From positions 15,015 to 79,014 of the forward strand of contig JBECKX010000195.1 of the NCBI GenBank assembly GCA_040235515.1: a DNA stretch of 64,000 nt. Reading direction: 5' to 3'. The translations under genes were made by a program, and so were the position numbers. Positions 58,447-64,000 of the stretch are shown one piece after another. Numbering within the stretch: the stretch's first letter is position 1; the number at the start of each line of letters is the position of its first letter. The stretch comes from Candidatus Zixiibacteriota bacterium. GTDB lineage: Bacteria; Zixibacteria; MSB-5A5; CAIYYT01. The notes below the pieces were generated by a model. The model did not search any database, was not told the DNA's origin, and worked only from the letters and a program-made list of their open reading frames with translations.

Positions 58447-61400
58447 CTACTTCAACAGCATCATCTTCTTAGTCGCGATGAAGTTGTCGGCTTCAAGGCG
58501 GTAGAAGTAGATACCGGAGGCCACATCCCGACCTGAGTCATCACGACCATCCCAGGTGATCTGGTGAAGACCACCGGCAAGTTCGCCACTCAGCACCGTT
58601 CTAACCGTCTGACCGGCGGCGTTGTAAACCTTGATGGTTACACTCGCCTGCCCAGGCAGCGCGAACTCGATCATCGTCGTCGGATTGAACGGGTTCGGGT
58701 AGTTCTGTGACAGGCTGAACTCGGTCGGTAGGACTGACTTCTTCAACTCGGAATTCAGCAGATTTCCGAAGTAGTCAGAGACCTCAGCCTCCACCAACTG
58801 TAGATCACCCTCGATATGCAGCAGGTCGGTAGCACCGGCGCGAATGCTGCCGGCACCGAAGTCGTAAATCAGCACATGGAGCATGCCATCACGTTCGGCA
58901 CTCTCCACCTTCATTCCGGTGAGATTCTCGATCGTGTAGCTCGAGCCGGCCGCGAACGTCAGGTGCATGGCACCGATATCGACAGTGGAATGGCTCACCA
59001 ATCTCTCACCATCCTGAACGAGTGTGGCGCTATTGGCAAACGGCGCCAGCTTGGTGAGCGGTACCGCGTCACCGGTGATCACGCGAACCAGGTAAACCAG
59101 GTCGCCGACCGAAAGCGGGGTGCCGTCGCGGTTGATATCGGAAGCCGCGATCTGTGCCTCACGACGCTGCGGATCAGGATCGAGCGCGACCATGCCGTAC
59201 AGGAAGTAGTTCGTGTAGAGCACGGCGTCGGCGATCTCGTGTGAGATTCCATTCAAGTTCATATCACCCGGATCGTCGATCGAGTCGGCGCAGACGATAT
59301 CGATGCCGCCTTCGTAATACTCGATACAGCGGAACGGCTCATACTTGTCGCCAAGCAGACAGTTATCCGGCGCACCGACACCAAATGGGCGATCGCCGTT
59401 CGGATAACCGATATCATCGAACTCATCCCAGATCACGTTGGCTTCGAACGAGAAGATTCTCTTCTCGAGCCAGAGCGTATCACCGGTCACACTCGAAATC
59501 GCGTTATCACCGCAATCGAACCAGAAGAAGCCTACCGGCACATACTGGCACTCATACGTACGATCGTTCGTGACCAGGAACTGCAACTTGAACAGCTCGG
59601 TCGCCGACGGAATCGCGGGGCCGTAGCAGGTCGGGTGATTTGCGCCGTTGTTCACGTCGGCGATTCCAACTATTCTCACCAAACCTGACGGACACGGACC
59701 GCTGCAATTGCCGGAGGCGCCGAAGTTGTATGTGAAGTACTCCCAGCCGCAATCAGCGTAGATCTCGCCTTCAATCGCCTTGATAAAGTTCAGGGCGCTG
59801 GCGTCGTAAGTCATCAGGAAGTCAAAGCCGCCGAACTCACCGCCGATTCCCTCAATTGTCACGGCCACAGTTTCGTAATGGCCCTGAAGCGTATTGTGGG
59901 TCTTTTCGGCGCGAATCACGAAGCAGGTGGCTGTATCACAGTCAATCAGTGCAACCGTTTCAGCATGGGTGTCGGATGCCGACATGCCGCACAGGTCTGA
60001 GACCTGGATGTCGTAGCTGAATACTCCGTCTCCACCCGGCAGGAAGCAGAAGCTTCCTGAACCGTTGGCATAATTGAGCGAGAGCGGTGCAGGCGTTACA
60101 ACGATCTGATCAACATCGGCAAGGCCATCAGGATCTCCGTAGGTAAACTGCACACAGATCTGCGATGGCGGACCGTCGTCGCAGAAGATCGTAGTATCCG
60201 CCGCGGAGACGTTCACCGTCGGTGCGCTGTTCATGTTGACCACGACAGTCGCCGAATCGTAGCTCGCCGCGCCACACTCATCAACGGCCTCGAGCACGAA
60301 CAGGTAGCTGCCGTCGCTCGCAGGCGTGAAGCAAATCTGGCTGCCGTTGTAAGATCCGGGACCCGCAACCAACTCGCAGGTGGCCAGGTTGCCATCCGGA
60401 TCGCTGCAGGATGCATTCCAGCAGAGCTGACCGCCGGTATAGCAATCGATCGTTTGATCGGGTCCGGCGTTCGCAACCGGCGACTCATTGAAGTCGATGA
60501 TTATCGTCGTCTTGCAGGAGTCAACCAAACCACACTCATCCACGACGATCAGCGTGATCTCATTGGCGCCGGCTTGCGGCAGGAAGCAAACTTCCGAGCC
60601 GTTCAGCGTACCGCCCTCCACGATGATCGACTGAATGTTGCCGTCCGGATCAGTCGCCGAGAATCCGTCGATGCAGATCGAGTCAGCCGAGCAGGCAAAC
60701 ATCGAGGCATCACCCGGACAGGTCGCCACCGGTGCGCTATTGAGTGTCACGTTGACCGTAGTCTGACACGACGTCTGCGCCCCACATGAATCGACCGCAG
60801 TGAGCGTGATGACATTCGCGCCGGCGACCGGGGTGAAGCAAACCTCACCACCGCCATTCAGCACTCCGCCGGTAACAGTCACCGATTCCAGATTGGTGTC
60901 ACTGTAGCTGAAGCCGGCCAGGCAGATCTCCGAGAGATCGCAAACGAACATCGTCGTATCACCCGGACAGCTGACAACCGGATCAGCGTTGATCGTTACA
61001 TTGATGATTGTCTCACAGGTGTCAGCAGCACCACAGGCATCGGTCGCAATCAGCGTCAGTACATTAACACCGTCGACCGGTATGAAGCAGATCTCGCTGC
61101 CGTTGAGCGTTCCGCCGAGGGCCTGTACGTTGTCAAGGTTCCCATCCGCGTCTGTCGCACCGAATCCATCGATACAGATCTCGGAATTGTCGCAGACAAA
61201 GAGGTTTTGATCACCCGGACATGACGCTATCGGCGCAACGTTAAGTGAAATATCGATTGTAGTCTTACAGGTGTCAGCCTCGCCGCACTCGTCGACCGCA
61301 ATAAGTGTCAACACGTTTGTGCCGGGCGACGGAGTGAAGCAGACTTCCGTTCCGTTCAGCGTGCCACCGAGAACGCTGACGCTCTGGAGGTTTCCATCTG

Positions 61401-64000
61401 CGTCGTTGGCCACGAAACCATCGATGCAGATCTCGCTCAGGTCGCAGACGAACATGCTCTGGTCACCCGGGCACGAGACAGTAGGTGCTGAGTTGAGATT
61501 GACATTGATTGTAGTCTGGCAGGTGTCCGCAGCACCGCAGACATCAACCACAATAAGCTGAAGCACATTTGCTCCGACAGTCGGTGTGAAGCAGATCTCT
61601 GTGCCATTGAGTGTACCACCTACTGCCGTGATCGAAGCGATGTTGCCATCGACGTCACTAGCAGAGAAGCCGTCGATACAGATCTCGCTCATGTCACACG
61701 CGAAGATGGTCTGATCGCCGGGGCAGCTTGCAACCGGCGCACTGTTGAGGGCCACGTTGATTGTCGTCTCGCAGGTGTCCGCTTCGCCGCAGGCGTCGGT
61801 CGCGATCAGCTGTATCACGTTAGCGCCAATCACCGGTGTGAAAGTCACATCGGAGCCGCTCAGCGATCCACCGTTGACAACGGTCGAAACCAGGTTGCCA
61901 TCCGGATCGCTTGCCGAGAATCCCGGGATCGTGATGTCGCTCAGGTCGCAGACGAACAGGTTGTCGTCACCCGGACAACTCGCAACCGGAGCCTGATTGA
62001 CGACCACAGTCACAGTCGTCTGACAGCTCGAAACTTCACCGCAAGCGTCGGTGGCGGTAAGCTCGATCAGATTCGCTCCGGCGACCGGTGTAAAGCAGAC
62101 TTCAGTTCCGCCCAGCGTCCCGTTGCTAACGGTGACCGAACCGAGGTTGCCGTCGGCGTCGGAAGCCACGAAGCCATCAAGGCAAATCTGGCTTAGATCA
62201 CAGACGAAGATTGTCGTATCACCGGGGCACGATGTTACAGGTGCGCTATTGAGCGTAACGTTGATCGTTGTCTCACAGGTATCGGCCTCACCGCAGGCAT
62301 CCACGGTGACAAGCTGAATCACATTGGCACCAACGACCGGTGTGAAGGTCACATCGGAGCCACTGAGTGTGCCACCCAGCGCGGTGGTCGAGACGAGATT
62401 GCCGTCAGGATCACTCGCCGAAAAACCGCTGATGGTGATGTCGCTCAAGTCGCAAACAAACAGATTGTCATCGCCGGGGCAGGTCGCTACCGGCGGGCTG
62501 TTGGTCTCTATGGTTACGACGGTTTCGCAGGTGTCGGCAGCGCCGCAGGCGTCGGTCACGATCAACTGCAGCACATTGGCGCCCATTACCGGCGTGAAGG
62601 TCACATCTGAACCGCTGAGAGAGCCGCCGTTAACTACGGTCGAAGTGATGTTGCCGTCGACGTCGGAGCCGGTGAATCCGCCAAGCGTGATGTCACTGAG
62701 GTCACAGACGAAGATCGTCGTATCGTTCGCGCAGGAAGCAACCGGCGCGCTGTTGAGCGCAACGGTAATAGTTGTTTCGCAAGTGTCGGCTTCACCGCAG
62801 GCGTCGGTAGCAATCAACTGGATGACATTGGCGCCCACGACCGGCGTGAAGGTCACATCGGAGCCACTCAGGGAACCGCCGTTGACTACGGTTGAGGTCA
62901 GGTTGCCGTCGGCATCCGAGGCCGAGAATCCAGGTATCGTAATATCACTCAGGTCACAGACAAACAGATTGTCGTCGCCGGGGCAGGTCGCCACAGGGGC
63001 GCTGTTGAGTGTGACCGTGATTGTAGTTTCGCAGGTATCGGCTGCACCGCAGGCGTCGGTAGCGATAAGTTGCAGGACGTTCGCGCCGACAACCGGCGTG
63101 AACGTGACATCCGAACCGCTGAGTGTACCACCGTTAACCACAGTGGAGACCAGGTTGCCGTCCGGGTCGGAGGCCGAGAATCCTGAGATTGTGATATCGC
63201 TCAGATCGCAGACAAATTGAGAGTCGTCACCGGGGCAGGTCGCCACCGGAGCGGCGTTCAATGTCACGGTCACAGTCGTTGCGCAAGTGTCCGCTTCGCC
63301 GCAGGCATCCGTGGCGATCAGTTGAATCACATTCGCGCCGACTACCGGCGTAAACGTGACATCCGAGCCGCTCAGGCTTCCACCATTGGCAACGACCGTG
63401 CTGAGGTTGCCGTCCGGATCACTGGCAGTAAAGCCACCGAGAGTGATGTCGCTCAGGTCACAGACAAAGAGCGAAGTATCATTGGCGCACATCGCAGTCG
63501 GTGCGCTGTTGGTCTCGATCGTCACGACGGTCTCGCAGGTGTCGGCCTCACCACAGGCATCCGTGGCGATCAGCTGCAGCACGTTGGCGCCCATCACCGG
63601 TGTAAAGGTCACGTCGGATCCGCTGAGCGAACCACCGTTCACGACGACGCCGGCGAGATTGCCATCCGTGTCTGATCCTGAGAAGCCACCAATCGTGATG
63701 TCGCTCAGGCCGCAGACAAAGATCGTTGTGTCGTTGGCACACGAAGCGACCGGCGCATTATTGAGGGAGACCGAGATCATTGTCTCACAAGTATCCGCTT
63801 CACCGCAGGCATCAGTCGCGATCAACTGGATCACGTTCACACCAACCGTAGGAGTAAACGTAACTTCGGTACCCGATATCGAACCGCCGACAGCGACGGT
63901 GGATGTCAGGTTACCGTCGACATCCGTGGCCGTAAATCCATCGAGAGTGATATCGCTCAGGTCGCAGACGAAGAGCGATGTGTCGTTCGGACAGGATACC
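58447..64000 (-). CDS. Giant T9SS-secreted surface protein (partial, continues beyond the 3' window edge): HYR-like tandem repeats + cohesin-like + dockerin-like + Por/T9SS C-terminal sorting domain
   Basis: C-terminal ..NYPNPFNPTTMIEFALPGQASVTIKVYNAAGQTVRTV..HQITWDGRDDSGRDVASGIYFYRLEADNFIATKKMMLLK is a canonical T9SS CTD. At least 13 tandem ~84-aa Cys-containing repeats (..CPGDDNLFVCDLSDITI.GFSASDPDGNL....V.GG.LSGSDVTFTPV.GANV..LIATDACGEADTCETTI.V.LN..). The same frame stays open to the window edge; the ORF track's M at 63840 is only an internal Met. Confidence 0.85.
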   Translation of the reverse strand, partial: VSCPNDTSLFVCDLSDITLDGFTATDVDGNLTSTVAVGGSISGTEVTFTPTVGVNVIQLIATDACGEADTCETMISVSLNNAPVASCANDTTIFVCGLSDITIGGFSGSDTDGNLAGVVVNGGSLSGSDVTFTPVMGANVLQLIATDACGEADTCETVVTIETNSAPTAMCANDTSLFVCDLSDITLGGFTASDPDGNLSTVVANGGSLSGSDVTFTPVVGANVIQLIATDACGEADTCATTVTVTLNAAPVATCPGDDSQFVCDLSDITISGFSASDPDGNLVSTVVNGGTLSGSDVTFTPVVGANVLQLIATDACGAADTCETTITVTLNSAPVATCPGDDNLFVCDLSDITIPGFSASDADGNLTSTVVNGGSLSGSDVTFTPVVGANVIQLIATDACGEADTCETTITVALNSAPVASCANDTTIFVCDLSDITLGGFTGSDVDGNITSTVVNGGSLSGSDVTFTPVMGANVLQLIVTDACGAADTCETVVTIETNSPPVATCPGDDNLFVCDLSDITISGFSASDPDGNLVSTTALGGTLSGSDVTFTPVVGANVIQLVTVDACGEADTCETTINVTLNSAPVTSCPGDTTIFVCDLSQICLDGFVASDADGNLGSVTVSNGTLGGTEVCFTPVAGANLIELTATDACGEVSSCQTTVTVVVNQAPVASCPGDDNLFVCDLSDITIPGFSASDPDGNLVSTVVNGGSLSGSDVTFTPVIGANVIQLIATDACGEADTCETTINVALNSAPVASCPGDQTIFACDMSEICIDGFSASDVDGNIASITAVGGTLNGTEICFTPTVGANVLQLIVVDVCGAADTCQTTINVNLNSAPTVSCPGDQSMFVCDLSEICIDGFVANDADGNLQSVSVLGGTLNGTEVCFTPSPGTNVLTLIAVDECGEADTCKTTIDISLNVAPIASCPGDQNLFVCDNSEICIDGFGATDADGNLDNVQALGGTLNGSEICFIPVDGVNVLTLIATDACGAADTCETIINVTINADPVVSCPGDTTMFVCDLSEICLAGFSYSDTNLESVTVTGGVLNGGGEVCFTPVAGANVITLTAVDSCGAQTSCQTTVNVTLNSAPVATCPGDASMFACSADSICIDGFSATDPDGNIQSIIVEGGTLNGSEVCFLPQAGANEITLIVVDECGLVDSCKTTIIIDFNESPVANAGPDQTIDCYTGGQLCWNASCSDPDGNLATCELVAGPGSYNGSQICFTPASDGSYLFVLEAVDECGAASYDSATVVVNMNSAPTVNVSAADTTIFCDDGPPSQICVQFTYGDPDGLADVDQIVVTPAPLSLNYANGSGSFCFLPGGDGVFSYDIQVSDLCGMSASDTHAETVALIDCDTATCFVIRAEKTHNTLQGHYETVAVTIEGIGGEFGGFDFLMTYDASALNFIKAIEGEIYADCGWEYFTYNFGASGNCSGPCPSGLVRIVGIADVNNGANHPTCYGPAIPSATELFKLQFLVTNDRTYECQYVPVGFFWFDCGDNAISSVTGDTLWLEKRIFSFEANVIWDEFDDIGYPNGDRPFGVGAPDNCLLGDKYEPFRCIEYYEGGIDIVCADSIDDPGDMNLNGISHEIADAVLYTNYFLYGMVALDPDPQRREAQIAASDINRDGTPLSVGDLVYLVRVITGDAVPLTKLAPFANSATLVQDGERLVSHSTVDIGAMHLTFAAGSSYTIENLTGMKVESAERDGMLHVLIYDFGAGSIRAGATDLLHIEGDLQLVEAEVSDYFGNLLNSELKKSVLPTEFSLSQNYPNPFNPTTMIEFALPGQASVTIKVYNAAGQTVRTVLSGELAGGLHQITWDGRDDSGRDVASGIYFYRLEADNFIATKKMMLLK
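59060..59272 (-). other. Dockerin-like module (two EF-hand-like Ca-binding repeats) inside the giant protein
   Basis: DMNLNGISHEIADAVLYTNYFLYG and SDINRDGTPLSVGDLVYLVRVITGD match the duplicated dockerin motif DxNxDGxxxxxDxxxLxxxxLG. Confidence 0.5.
59465..59890 (-). other. Cohesin-like module inside the giant protein
   Basis: ..YETVAVTIEGIGGEFGGFDFLMTYDASALNFIKAIEGE.. ..ELFKLQFLVTND.. resembles the cohesin pattern (..v.v.i.n..g..gfqf.l.YD...l.....g.. / ..l.ki.Fkv..). Confidence 0.45.
60230..64000 (-). repeat. Tandem array of ~252-bp near-identical coding repeats (HYR-like modules), two subfamilies
   Basis: Recurring nucleotide motif (..gatgtcgctcaggtcgcagacgaa..) every ~250 bp on the + strand from ~60900 to 63960. 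Protein repeats 1-6 and 8 are 'SDITI/GSLSGSDVTFTPV' type; repeats 7 and 9-13 are 'SEICIDGF/GTLNGTEVCFTP' type. Confidence 0.85.

Noticed and set aside
61271-63675. Several long + strand ORFs (e.g. 62324..63220, 298 aa; 63217..63675; 61271..61561) rich in Ser/Thr/Val/Pro
   Set aside because: They are antisense to the giant repeat-protein gene and repeat with the same ~252-bp period. They are a by-product of the tandem coding repeats, with no RBS or independent domain signal.

Overview
The window is a gene-dense bacterial chromosomal segment (GC roughly 57-60%, mostly ATG starts with AGGAG-like RBS) from an organism that uses the type IX secretion system. At least three proteins end in a Por/T9SS C-terminal sorting domain, which suggests an FCB-group-like or candidate-phylum bacterium. 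The main blocks, in order, are listed here. (1) A frameshifted REP-associated tyrosine transposase (RAYT/IS200-like) remnant at the 5' edge. (2) A Ser/Thr phospho-signalling module: a CHASE2-sensor kinase, a PPP-like metallophosphoesterase and two paralogous FHA-domain proteins. (3) A dus-larB-larC-etfA-ppx co-directional block: nickel-pincer cofactor maturation genes next to an orphan EtfA. (4) A BNR/Asp-box T9SS cargo protein followed by two FadL/PorV-like outer-membrane barrels. (5) Housekeeping genes icd, yihY, ligA, pyk and an SRPBCC protein. (6) A roughly 14-kb minus-strand surface-polysaccharide locus: a frameshifted priming sugar transferase, three GT4 glycosyltransferases, an MDR-Gfo/Idh/MocA bi-domain oxidoreductase, wecB, a multi-SLBB Wza-like exporter and rfbADBC. 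No wzx, wzy or wzc is seen in the window. (7) A glycerophosphodiesterase, a secreted tandem retropepsin-like aspartic protease with a C-terminal PDZ domain, and a small beta-barrel outer-membrane protein. (8) The gap-pgk-tpiA-secG cluster. (9) A roughly 15-kb aromatic amino-acid supraoperon, trpEGDCFBA-aroH-DAHPS-tyrA-aroA-aroE-aroC-aroK-aroB-aroQ plus a class IV aminotransferase, with many overlapping start/stop codons. It is preceded by a classical Trp-codon-rich leader peptide (..LWYFWWY..) and an attenuator terminator. (10) On the minus strand at the 3' edge, a giant protein of more than 1800 aa that runs out of the window. It carries at least 13 near-identical tandem HYR-like repeats of about 84 aa (two subfamilies), a cohesin-like and a dockerin-like module, and a T9SS C-terminal domain. 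The most notable items are the trp attenuator, the giant cohesin/dockerin/HYR-repeat T9SS cargo, the orphan etfA coupled to larBC, the two-lobed retropepsin-PDZ protease and the single-base frameshift in the priming glycosyltransferase.
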